64,000 bases of DNA from Octopus vulgaris. Taxonomy: Eukaryota. Made by a program: the position numbers and the translations under genes. The stretch's first letter is position 1; the number at the start of each line of letters is the position of its first letter. Location: assembly GCA_951406725.2 (NCBI GenBank), contig OX597824.1, positions 20,026,001 through 20,090,000 of the forward strand. The letters are read 5' to 3'. Below are positions 13,998 to 28,041 of the stretch, piece by piece. The notes beneath the pieces were generated by a model. That model was not told where the DNA came from, ran no database searches, and saw only the letters and a program-made list of their open reading frames with translations.

Positions 13998-14029
13998 GTT
14001 AGGGGTTCTTTATATAAAGAACCCCTAAC
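13998..14029. repeat. Perfect 32-bp palindrome
   Basis: gttaggggttctttat|ataaagaacccctaac. Confidence 0.95.
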
Positions 14030-14282
14030 ATGTTATTCAGAGTTAGGTGTTAGGTATTGTATCTAATTGGGACCCTATTCTTGATCTCCCCCCACCTACA
14101 TAATGTAACATGTAATGTCCTAAGATTTTTAGGGACTATAAAAACGTGCAGTTCTCATCTTCTTCGAAGTCAACAAACTGGATAAAGGTGAATTACTGAC
14201 TGAACAAGTCGTAACAGCTACAAATCGGCAGAAGCTGCCATAAACAAGTTCCCTAAGGTTGTTCAATTTTAAAAGGATTTTT

Positions 14283-14701
14283 GGATCTTTTCGGTTTGAA
14301 CGACAGTTTTTTTCTAGCGGTGTCATATGAAATTGTCACCCATAATTATGACCCTAGTATCGATCTATTGCATTTCAATCTGGGTTAGGGTTAGGGGGAA
14401 GGGTATCTTTTTTTTCTTCACAAATGTAAATAAACCTAATCTGTTTCTTAAACGAGGGACATATTCATACGGCACAGGATGTTTTTTTTTTTTTACCTCA
14501 ATAGACGTCATTGATTGGTTGAAATTGCAGAAATTGAAGAAAAAAAAACAACAAATATTTTACAAACTATAGAATTTTCTCAATAAAGCCAAGAGCAAAA
14601 GATGTTTTATAAACTCAATTCTACCAGTATATGAAGTTTAAAAAAGTGTTAAGTTACGTGGAAATTATTAAAAAAAACTGCCGTTCAAACCGAAAAGATC
14701 C
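14283..14701. mobile_element. MITE with about 29-bp TIRs and 8-bp TSD (Merlin- or hAT-like)
   Basis: TIR ggatcttttcggtttgaacg(a/g)cagttttttt at both ends; TSD ggattttt at 14275-14282 and 14702-14709; internal gggttagggttaggg. Confidence 0.85.
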
Positions 14702-15461
14702 GGATTTTTAAATATTGTATAATTTTATTGGTTGAAAACTGTGTCTTCGATTTTTACGCACCAGTTTTTGACAACTTTCTCGGCATTTATGGCACGGAAA
14801 AACGGGCGTTAAATGACAACGATGTTTCTAGTCGGCCCCTGTGTCCTACTAGTAGTAACAGCAGCAGTATTTAATTTCTCTGCTATTATATTTAACTCCT
14901 TATTACCAACTAACCAGCTTAATCTCCACTACAGTCTCAACTCATTTCGTATTAATTTAATTAAGACGAGTGTATGTGTATGTATGTGTATACATAAAAC
15001 CTGCTTTCTTTTTTGTTACTTGCAACAGAACAAAAGGTAATTGAAGGCTTCTTTCTGGAGAACGAGGATGATGTAGTGGCCTTCATACCGTTTCTCTATC
15101 ATTTTATTACTGTGAAGTTACACACGATCGCCTTTAAAGGGAGACAGGTAAATAAATGTGTATGAATCTCCGTAAAGTGGCTCAGCGTGGGAGCCTCTCA
15201 CTCGGTCTGCTAGAAATAGCAGCCAAACTCAATTCCCATCCAGCCGGTACGAGAAAAAAACACAGGATACGACACTCTGCTATGTGCACCGTGCCTAGGG
15301 AAAAGTCGGGATGATCGTTGGATGGTAGATCAATAGGTCTACTTCCATCACATCTGACCTGGTGTTTTTTAACAATATAAGACGACGTGTCTGTCCGCTG
15401 TCTCATTGCAGATGTCGAAACCACGGCCCGGTTTCCATTCCGTTACCAATTTTTACATTCA

Positions 15462-15860
15462 CTAGCAGTATCGCCCGGCGTTGCTCGGGTTTGTTTCGAC
15501 CCTTTAGAATTGGAATTTTTGAAAAGTAAAAATTTTGCATTATGTAGCTTGTTATTCTCCTTTAAGTGAACATTTTTCTGGTTGAAATACACCGAAAAAT
15601 GGTAACACAGCAGGCAAAAAATCGTACAAAATAGGGATTTTCATAGAAAAAAAGCACCTTTTTGATGTAAATAATTTTTGGTGTTAACATGGTCCGATTT
15701 GAATTTTTTCTTCTACGGAAGGAAGAGCAAGCCTTCTTCTATCATACTCTCAATTTTGGTCAACTTGTGTCGCAGGGTCTCAGAGGAGATAGTGTTAGTT
15801 GAAGGCTACCAAACCTACCATACACAGACAACTTCAGCTTTATATATATATAGAGAGAGA
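15462..15860 (-). mobile_element. Non-autonomous Helitron
   Basis: Minus strand starts TC(tctctctatata...), ends with hairpin cccgagcaacgccggg then CTAG, inserted between A and T with no TSD. Confidence 0.85.
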
Positions 15861-16865
15861 TTCGCATTTATAATTTTACTTTTTTGGATGTAATTGAAGC
15901 TCACCACTTCACATAGGCAGTTTAACACAAGGCGTTAATTAACGGATGAGAAAGAAGCAATTATCTCCGGCTGGTGATGCAAGGGCGATAACTCTTCTCG
16001 GTCCTAAGTTGCAGCAATATTTTTGCTCAGCTTCACAGCTGGTCGAGAGTCGGTGCGCGGAAATGATATTTGTAGTTTAATAATAAAACCCCATTGTCTT
16101 TCGTTATTATCGTCATTAGCATTGTGTATTTAAATTTCAATAATTATCAAAGATTTATTTTGTGATTAATCATCAACAAACAATGGTTCTCGGTCATTAT
16201 ATCTGTGTTTCCTGCAAAAAATAAGCTGTTTTCATGATGGCTGGCTTCTGCTGCTGGTTCTACATTTTTTGGTGTTCCCATCAGAATTTTAGGTTTATTG
16301 TCTTTTATTTATTTATTCTTTTAAATGAGTGTTAACAAGGGAATCTTGTACGATTCGAATTATTTGGTCATTCTGTTTATTGTCTTTTTTTCTTTGAATT
16401 TTTGCAAGATTTTTTTTTTTAATATTTTTTTTTTTTTGCATTATTCTCCTTTCTCTGAAAACATAAAAAAAAACTCTATTAAGCTGCCTTTTTTTTAAAA
16501 AATATTTTTTGTCTGATTTTGTTAACAAATATCTTATGTATATTGGTAGCTGCATAGCTCTGGCAGCATGGCTCGGACTGTTTCTAGAGGGAGTTTTGTT
16601 TTCTATTCTCATGTGGCTGGTCATTGAGTGTTCTACCATTTACACAGACATATTTCAGCTGATGCTGGAAACAGGGATTCAAGCCGACAAATAAAATGAT
16701 GGCTGTAAATGTCAAGAAAATTAAACCTTTTTTACATTCCTTTTTTTTTTTTTACATTCTTTAATAATGTAAATTGTTTTGTGAGCTTTATTCCCATTAA
16801 ACTTATGCATTCCCATCTTACTGAATGTATGGTACAGTTTTAATCTGTTTGTTTCTATGAAGCTA

Positions 16866-17432
16866 TTGGGTTGTCCGGAAAGTTTGTGCCGATTTATAGT
16901 AGCTTACTTTTCGACTTATTTTAGAACATGGTTCAGTCCATAAAATAGGATTTGACTACACCTCCATTTAGAGCACAGTTTAAGCTATATTTCTGTGGAG
17001 GAAGGTTTATGTTCCAATAACCTGTGTTAATTCTGTAACCCTTTAAAGTGGAAGATAAGAAAGTTCATTTTTCGGCACTTGATGCTTTGAGAACCAGACA
17101 AAAATTGCTGTAGCTCGGCTGGGATGTGTTACCCCACCCTCCATATTAACCAGATATTGCTCCTTCGGATTTCCACCTATTCAGGTCTCTGCAGAATAGT
17201 CTTAATTGTAAAAATTTCAATTCCTTGGATGACGTAAAAAGATACCTTGATGAATTCTTTGCCATGAAACCACCTCAATTCTGGGAAGTGGGTATTTTCA
17301 AGTTGAAGGAAAGATGAAGACGCATTGTGCAATAAAATGGTTCATATTTGGTTGATTGAAAATGTAATGGCAAGTATTTATTTACCTTTTTCTTTCCTTC
17401 AAAAATTGGCACAAACTTTCCGGACAACCCTA
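16866..17432 (+). mobile_element. Internally deleted mariner transposon
   Basis: About 30-bp TIRs (ttgggttgtccggaaagtttgtgccgattt / aaattggcacaaactttccggacaacccta) with TA on both sides. Decayed transposase C-terminus LGWDVLPHPPY*PDIAPSDFHLFRSLQNSL...FWEVGIFKLKER* at about 17100-17360. Confidence 0.93.
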
Positions 17433-17589
17433 TACTTTACTAAATATGCTTTATACGCACTTTTGACAAGTTGTGGTGCACCTGAGCACTGTATACAATA
17501 ATTTCATTATTATTATTATATCAACATAAAATATTATGTTTTTCCAGAATTTGTGTCGAATAAAAATGTGATGCTTTTTATTTATCCGT

Positions 17590-17626
17590 TTTATTTATTC
17601 TATTTTCTTTTTTCCTTTCTTTTCAG
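17590..17626 (+). promoter_or_regulatory. Polypyrimidine tract and 3' splice acceptor (phase 1) of the BCL11 terminal exon
   Basis: tattttctttttttcctttcttttcAG-type tract immediately before AA CCG TCA AAG TTT, which restores the conserved EPS motif. Confidence 0.88.
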
Positions 17627-19575
17627 AACCGTCAAAGTTTGTGTGTGGTACGTGCAAGACGACAGTGAATTCTGCTTGGTCACTTGTACAACATGTGCAA
17701 AGCATTCATGGCATGAAGATTTATTTACCAGCATCAGAGCTTTCTGTACAACTTTCCAATCTATCAACTCCATCTCCTAAGGCACCATCAGACCATGTGA
17801 TGACTCCTCCGACTCCAAACACTGCTGATGCATTGCCACACCCTCCTCATCCCTTCATGTTCCGCATGCCATTTGATCGTCAACACCAACTGCCACCAGG
17901 TCCAGCGCTCAGTCCGTTTAACCGTCCTCCAACGGGTCCGGATTTTCGCTTGGACCTGTTAAATGATCCGTTTCATTCAAGGTCTGTCCAGGGCCTTTCT
18001 AATATTTCATCAGCATTTGATGTACCGCCGCCATTTCCGGCCCCCTTCAGTGACCGACCGCGGATCATGGAAACAATAGACTTTTACTCACAGCGTCTTC
18101 GACAATTGGCATCAACACAGACACCCCCTTTACGAAAACCTACACCCCCATTTTCACAGACTCCTTCAACATTTACATCGATAACACCAACACCATCGCA
18201 TTCTCAAGATTCTTTACCAAAGAATTTAAGCCCTGCAAGTAAATTAAAATCTTGTGAGTTTTGTGGGAAATGTTTCCGATTTCAAAGTAATCTAATCGTA
18301 CATCGAAGATCTCACACAGGAGAGAAGCCATTTAAATGTCCCATATGTCCACATGCATGCACACAAGCTAGTAAACTAAAACGGCATATGAAAACTCACT
18401 TAAACAAGTCACCCCTCAGTAGTATGTCTCAGACTTCAAACATATCTAATGCCTCCGAAGGCAGTGTGCCATCCAGTAGCAGCACACCCGACTCAAACAA
18501 ACATATGATAAAACATAACGATTCTAATATTGACTTAGACAACGAAGAGGAGAACGAAGAGGAGGAAGAGGAAGAGCTTGACGAGGAGTTAGAGGAGGAT
18601 GACGATCTTGAAGGGATGGAGACCGTTCACAATGGGTCTCCCGATCCTTTGGATTGTCATGTAAGTAAAAATAGAGACGACCACTCTTCTCAGGAGCGCA
18701 GGACTCCGAACGAGAGGTCGAAGGATTTGAGCCACATGCCCGGCGCTGGAGAGAAGTCTTTGCTGAGTGAGGTGATGGAAAACACAGGTCTCAATAACAT
18801 TCAGCAATATAACGAGGCGTTCCAGCAGGCGTTGGCTGAGAACATCCACAACAAGGATAGCACAAAGGTTGAAGAAGATGGTTCGGAGGGCACCGAGAAC
18901 GGTGATAGAGACATAAAGTCTGAAGACACAGATGTGTCGTACACTAGTCAGGAAAAACCTGAACCTCTAGATTGCAGTGAATCGCCCTACACAAAACGAA
19001 TTAAGACTGAACCACTGGAAATAGTAAATAGTATGGAATCTATATATTCTAATATGTGGTTACCTAGTAGTCACCACCAAGAGTATTTTTTATCTGGTCT
19101 ATCTGCAAGGCTTAGCGACCCTAATCACAACAGTTTCAATTCTCCATCAGAAAGTGCCTTGAAGCCAAATCTGACTTCGCACCCTAAAGCCGGCCCTAGT
19201 TCTAATAGTACCCCCAGTAATGGTGGGCCAATATCAAATCGGAAAGACCGGCGGAATGATACCTGTGAATTTTGTGGGAAAGTTTTCAAGAACTGCAGCA
19301 ATTTAACGGTGCACCGAAGAAGTCATACTGGTGAGAAGCCATATAAGTGTGAGTTGTGCAGCTATGCGTGCGCACAGTCGAGTAAGCTGACTAGACACAT
19401 GAAGACGCACGGCCGTATCGGGAAGGACGTGTACAGGTGTAAGTTCTGTAGCATGCCCTTCTCCGTGCCGAGTACTTTGGAGAAACATATGCGCAAGTGT
19501 GTCGAGAACCGGCAAGTACGAGCAGTTCAGGAGACTGACACAGATACAAACAGCACTACGACATCTACATTATAG
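17627..19575 (+). CDS. BCL11: Terminal coding exon of a BCL11A/BCL11B (CTIP1/2)-like C2H2 zinc-finger transcription factor; upstream exons not identified in window
   Basis: After the acceptor ttttcAG (17625-17626) the frame reads (E)PSKFVCGTCKTTVNSAWSLVQHVQSIHGMKIY (BCL11 ZF1). It continues with the DFYSQRLRQLA motif, the ZF pair KSCEFCGKCFRFQSNLIVHRRSHTGEKPFKCPICPHACTQASKLKRHMKTH, an acidic tract, and a C-terminal ZF triplet DTCEFCGKVFKNCSNLTVHRRSHTGEKPYKCELCSYACAQSSKLTRHMKTH...CKFC...HMRKC. Stop TAG at 19573-19575. The ORF-track start (GTG 17641) is an internal Val. Confidence 0.96.
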
Positions 19576-20025
19576 TTTTTTTTTCTTCTGTTTTTTTTTT
19601 TTTCTCTTTTTTTTTTTTTCTCCAAAATGACTACTTGATGTTCAAACATTTATTATTATAAAAATATGAACAAAATTATAAAGTCTAATATGAGAAATAC
19701 AAACAAGGAGCGAAAAAAAAAAGAAAAAATTGCAAAAACATAATAATACGAAATACTAATCAAATTCTACATTGTTATTAATTTTCTACTTTTTATATCT
19801 CTGAGACTAGTTTTGAGCTGAGAAGAAATAAAGGGAAGGAATTTGGAAAGTTTTTCTGTCGCAAAACTCATTACCAAATAATCTTTGGAAAAAAGAAAAA
19901 AAATCATAGTTTGTATTTAAAAAATGTTTTCAAAAACATAAAAAATTTATTTTCGATTTTGAAAGAAGTTTCCCCCCTTAACCCCCTACCCCAACACACA
20001 CATACAAACACACATTCTCTCTCTT

Positions 20026-20061
<36 letters not shown>

Positions 20062-20115
20062 ATTTTACATTGTTTCTCTTATTTGCACACGTATATACAT
20101 GTGTGTGGTGTGTAT

Positions 20116-20156
<41 letters not shown>

Positions 20157-20158
20157 AT

Positions 20159-20190
<32 letters not shown>

Positions 20191-20442
20191 TCACACACAC
20201 ATACACGCACACACGGATGTTAATCATTTGTATGCATATATGTTAAACAATGTATACATACATGTGTGTGTATGTGTGTATCTTGTTGTATGTATATATG
20301 TATGTATATAAACACACACAAACACACAATATTAGTTGGGTGTATGTAATTGTTAAATGGTTATACACAAGTATACATACATATGTGTCTGCATGTATGT
20401 ATATATATATATATTTTTATACATATACACAAACACATACAT

Positions 20443-20498
<56 letters not shown>

Positions 20499-20674
20499 AC
20501 ACACATATATACACAATGTCAGTTGTGTTTAGGTAGTGTTAACTAACAATTAAAATTTAATTAAGACAAAAATAATCAACCTTTCTCTCTCTCTCTCAAT
20601 AAAACATTATCATGTATGTATATTTGTAAACATATCTATACATCTTTATATAGATATGTGTATATGTATGTATA

Positions 20675-20719
<45 letters not shown>

Positions 20720-21599
20720 GCATACAAGTATACTTATGTGAGTGGCTATTGTTTTTGGTATCTCAAATAAATACTAACTTTTGTTCTGCATATTCTTCGT
20801 AAAACCTCAAAATTCTCGCTGGTACTCTCAGATACTCCTAGCTAAAGCTCTTTCATAAACAAAGCTCATTATATAGGCAAATAATTATAATAACAAATAT
20901 GAATAGTTAATTGGCACTTTGAATGTAAAATGTAATTAATTTCTTTTGATAACTTCTACACATATTTGTACGTATGTATATGTGTGTGTGCATGTAGCAT
21001 TATATGCATGTGTGTAATTATATATTTATATACATATATGTATGTATGTGTGTATGTATTATATATATGTGCGTATGGAATATATGTGAATATTTGTATA
21101 TATCTGATATTTACATATATATTTATATATATTTATGTATGTATTTATATATATATTTCTATGTATGTATATTTTTATATTTATATACAAATATTCATAC
21201 ACACATAGACACATATATAATATATAAAAATATATATATACACACATTCATATATTTTGCACACACACACATACACGTGTGTGTATGTATGTGTGTGTTT
21301 GTGTATATATATATACATATATATTTATATATAATCATATCATGCAGACAAGAGGTTTATCTAAATATGCAAGCATGTCTTCTACAATATCCAATTGATA
21401 TATATACACCAACACATCACACCTTTTATAACTTCACAATTATATACACTCTGTTGCAAAATTACCGATTAATTTAAAGTTTTATTTTGTTAATATTTCT
21501 GAGGGTGGGGCACCTCCCCTCCACTTAAGGAATCTTCTATATTTTAAGTACTGCTGATTATGTTGCTGGTAACAGCTCTTAGCATTCATTATATACCCA

Positions 21600-23060
<1,461 letters not shown>

Positions 23061-23154
23061 ACTGGAATCATTCATTGTATTTGCACATCCCTGTTTTACA
23101 TTTTTGTTTTTTTTTTCTATTTTTCTGGCGTCTATAACATTATTATTATTATCA

Positions 23155-23188
<34 letters not shown>

Positions 23189-25126
23189 CAATGCCATGAC
23201 TCTAAGAGTAAAAGAAATGGAAAAAAAAACAATAAAAATCAAAACAACAAATTTTTTAGGTGAGAAGAAAAAAAGAAACGGAAAAAAAAAAATAGACTCC
23301 CCCTCCCTCCTTCTCTTGCTCCTCCTCCTCCTCCTCCTCCTCTCCCTACAAATGTGAATTGATAAAAAAAAAATAAGAATAATAATAATAATAAACAAAG
23401 CAAAACAGAACAGAAAGAGAGAAAACTCTGGAAAAACTCCCAAAACCCTTGTGAGAGCATATGTTGCTGCTGTTTTAAGGGACATTTGACTATTTTTGAT
23501 GCTGTTCCAGTTTTTTTTTTTTTTTTGTTTTTTTTTTCCTCGATGTCTTCTCCGTTTTTTTTTTTTACTTGAATGTTTTTTTTTTTTTATTATTATAAAT
23601 TCACTGAATATTCCTGTCTTCCTCTCCACCGCCACCACCATCACCACAACCGCCACAACCATCTCACACGATTATATCTAATATATATATATATCTATCT
23701 TCGTTTTCGTGTCCAGCAAACCAGTCCCCCCACCTACGCCCCCAACCCCCCACCCGTCATCAAACCAACAAAAAAAAAAGCAAAAATTTCACTTCAAAGG
23801 GATGTCTGTCTGTGTGTTTTGCCCTTCCTCGTTTTTATTTTTTTTTTTTTTTGTTCTTTCCCCCCTATTGTTTTCCATGTCCCCTCCTCCCTCCCATACC
23901 CGTTTTTGTGTGGGCGGGGGTGAGATGGGGGTGCTGTGTAAAAATAAAGAAGCTAGTCACAAAAAGAATTGGATTGAATTAATCCAAGATCCTGGTTTCT
24001 TTTTCTTAAACCTGTTTAAAGCTCTAAGTCACTAAGTCACTTCAATTCCAAAAAAAAAAAAAAACCCAAAAAATTAAGCCCTTGCAAAAAAAAAAAAAAG
24101 GCATGAATATCGTAACTTCACATCTGCTGGGGCCATGAAACGGCACAGTCTTCAATTCTTCGACAAAAAAAAAAGCTGATTGTGTAAAATTTAAAATTTA
24201 TTTTATTATGGCCCTTTCGTTGTCCCTTCTCCTTTGTCCTCCTTCTTCAGTTTCTTGTTTTTGTTGGGTTTTTTTTCCACCCCTATCTCTTCCCTGAACC
24301 TTCATTCCAACAAACACTCTTTCACCTCTGTTGATTTCTTCCTCAATTCTACAGTAACATTGATATATCAAGAAAAAGAGAAAAAAGGAAAAAAAAAAAA
24401 CAGAAATAGGCATCTGAAGTTGTCTTTTTGGTGTCTCATTATAGATTTTTGCGTAAATTACTGTATGAAAGGATATTGATTATGTGATGATGATTATGAT
24501 GATGATGACAGTGTTGCATTCTAATAATAATAATAATGATAATAATGATGATGATGATGATCTTTAAATGCCACAAATATTTTGAAAAGAAAATAAGGCT
24601 AAATCATACACTAACAATTTTATATTATTATCAAAATATTTTACTTCGGTCTCTTGGTAAGCTTTTAAAAGAATTTTATTTTTCACTGTTATTATGTGTA
24701 TAATACATACATATATGTAATACTGGTGTGTGTGTGTGTGTAGGGATATGTATATGAATGTGTTTGTTTCTATGTATGTATATATGTGTGTATTATATAT
24801 GCATATATGTGTGTATGTATATATATATATGCATATGTGTGTGTGTATATATATGTGCATATGTATGTGTATATATATATATATATATATCCATGCATAT
24901 GATTATTAAGTGATAGATATGATAGGAATATATACATATTAAGGTATACGTATTGTATATACGTGTATATATATATATATATATATACATATATGTGCAA
25001 GACAACCCGTCTAAAGACAGAAAGTAAGCCTTGGGTGTAACATATATTAATATACATCTTTTAATATTGTAACTTAAAACAGTATTAAAGATTGGTAGTT
25101 TTATGTAATTTATTTGGGTAGCTATA

Positions 25127-25164
<38 letters not shown>

Positions 25165-25399
25165 TATTTGTAAACGATAAATCAAAATTGAAACATTTAT
25201 GTCAGGATTCTGACAAACTGACTCTTGTCATTGAACCCTTGCTAATCTAAAGCTGTTCAATATTGTTCCTATGCACATCCTCTGCCTATTATTTAGATGT
25301 AAACTATGTACGCTACTGTTTAAAAAGCAATAAGATCTATCGTCATCAATATCGGTGGCTTGCCATAATCTCTCTCTGAGCATCAGGCGAAATATAATG

Positions 25400-25900
25400 C
25401 CTTATGGCATACCTTCCAGCTCTTAGCGTTGCGTTCAAAGAACGACAGGCTTATTTTTGCCCTGGATCCTTCTGCATGTCAATAAAATAAAGTTCAAGTA
25501 CTGGAATTGTTAATATTGATGAAACCTGTTCCTTTCATAATTGCTGGCCTTGTGCCCAACTTAGGAACCATCATCATTATTATTATTATTATTAAGGCGA
25601 AGGCAGCAAGCTGGCAGAAAGGTTAGCATGCCAGGCGAAATGCTTCGTGGTATTTCATCTGTCTTTACGTTCTGAGTTCGAATTCCACCCAGGTCAACCT
25701 TGCCTTTCATTCTTTCGGGGTCATACTAGTTGTGTACTGGGGTCGATCTAACCGACTGGCCCCCTCCCCAAAAATATCGGGCCTTTCATCCTTTTGGGGT
25801 TGATAAATTAAGTACCAGTTGAGTACTGGGGTTGATGCAATTGACTTGCCCCTTCTCCCAAAATTTCAGGCCTCGTGCCTATATTAGAAAGGATTCTTAT
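25400..25900 (+). mobile_element. Cluster of SINE family B variant copies
   Basis: ggcagcaagctggcagaaa...gcctttcat...aaatttcaggcctcgtgcct. Confidence 0.82.
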
Positions 25901-26328
25901 TGTCACCTAGATGGATAAATCTATTTGAAATGGCTATATATAACTAGCTATGAAAGGTAACAAAAATATATATCAGTTTATCTGTGTGTGTGGGGTTCAA
26001 AAAATAATAATAAAACAGGTAATTTGTTTCTTGAAATTTCTCCTTATGTTCATTGCTGTCTTTTGTGTGGGATTGGAGGTTGATACTTGTGGCTGAGGAG
26101 TCAAGGTTTTAATTCTGACTTGATCTGTTGATTTAGTTTATTAGTTTTTGTCTAATAAAAATTATCAAGTTATTTCCAGATCCCCAACTACAAGAACTGT
26201 TTGGAATAAATATATAAGAAAAAAAAAACATAAACTTCTTAGTTAAAAAAAATAATCAAAAACATTCAGGAAACTTGTTACTCGGTTAAAGCCTGTTTTA
26301 TATGTTTCACATTTCACTAAATACACAC

Positions 26329-26388
<60 letters not shown>

Positions 26389-27118
26389 TTAGGGGTGTAT
26401 GTATGTATGTATATATATATATATATATATAGATATATATATATGATATGAATCTGTGTGTACATAAATATTTTACTCTAATAATAAACAAAAGAATGAA
26501 ACTTTGCAATCAAATTCTATATTGTGTTTGAAGTAAAGTGTGTTTGTATGAGGTTTGTAAATGAATTTTGTATGGTGTGTGTATATATGTATGTATGTGT
26601 GTGTGTGTGTGTGTGCGTGTAAATATATAAATAGCGTGTGTTCGTATGAAAACAAAACAATATTTTCTTTGTTTTGTGGTATTTAATTTTTGAAATTTTT
26701 TTTTTTTTTTTCTTTTCCTTTAAAATCTTTTGTTTTATGTTCTCTCCATTCCTCCTCCTTCTCCTCCTCCTCCTGACCACCATCACCATTTCTTTCCAAT
26801 ATGTGTTCAGACACTGGAGCTTCCTATAATGATAATGATAATAATAATAATTGTTCTCACCCCCCCACCCACTCCCCTATCGCCACCACCACCACCACCA
26901 TCTCTCATATATGCTAGACAGTGAGGCTTCATAATATTGTTTTGAAAAATTTAACCCCCACCCCCCCACCAAAAAAAATAATAATAATTAAAAGGTGTAT
27001 TTAACAAAAATGTATGTTTAAAAACGTTTTCCATTTTAAATATATATATATATATACTTATATATATATATTTATATATACACACATATATATATAAGCA
27101 ACACTTAGACAGCAATTA

Positions 27119-27152
<34 letters not shown>

Positions 27153-27529
27153 TAATTTGTACACATGTCAGGATTTTACTGTATAATAATTTTAAATTTT
27201 TATTTGAATTTTTTTTTTAATTGGATGGAAAAAATGACAAAATTAAAAAAATATAATCATATACATACATATATATATTTGTGTATGTATATATGTGTAT
27301 GTGTAGATGTGTGTGTGTGTATACATATATATATACATACATACACACACACATATACACAAGTTATATCAATGCTGTTCACTGCCATTGGTGATTCTTA
27401 GAGTGTGTCTGGAATTCTTTGACATATCTCGTGTTGCCTATGAGAAAATATTGAAGCACAGTTTTATAGGCCTGTGGTAATTAAGTATTACTAATGAATG
27501 GTATTGCTTAATTAAAAATGACTGATGAT

Positions 27530-27562
<33 letters not shown>

Positions 27563-27782
27563 GATAATAACAATAAATTTAAAATATTTCTAATATGCAC
27601 ACCTGAAATTCTTTATGGTCGTGAATTATAACATAGGAGAGACAGATAGATTTTGGTGCTTCCTCTGGAAATTTATTGGGAAATTTTATTGCTGATAATG
27701 GTTGAATGATATATATAGTCTACTGTTTTTGTTATAAATTTTGTATGTTCGTGATATATATGTACGTATGTGTGTGCGTATA

Positions 27783-27809
<27 letters not shown>

Positions 27810-27813
<4 letters not shown>

Positions 27814-27950
27814 ATATGAATTAGAGATGAGGTTAGGTTTTATCTCTAATTCATATTTTATATATCTATACTGTGAAATTTGATTTAATACTAAATTGAA
27901 TTTTTCCCTGTAAGTTTGGAGTTATACTCCCTAATATTATTATTATTATT
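27810..27950 (+). mobile_element. Truncated copy of the 53850 element with a short 5' inversion
   Basis: aatatgaattagagat / atctctaattcatatt inverted pair; tail ttttccctgtaa.tttgga...ccctaatatt shared with 54175-54210. Confidence 0.65.
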
Positions 27951-27982
27951 ATTACATATATATATAGATATATATATATATC

Positions 27983-28041
<59 letters not shown>

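Noticed and set aside
18589-19515. Antisense ORFs within the BCL11 exon
   Set aside because: Shadow frames of the real CDS
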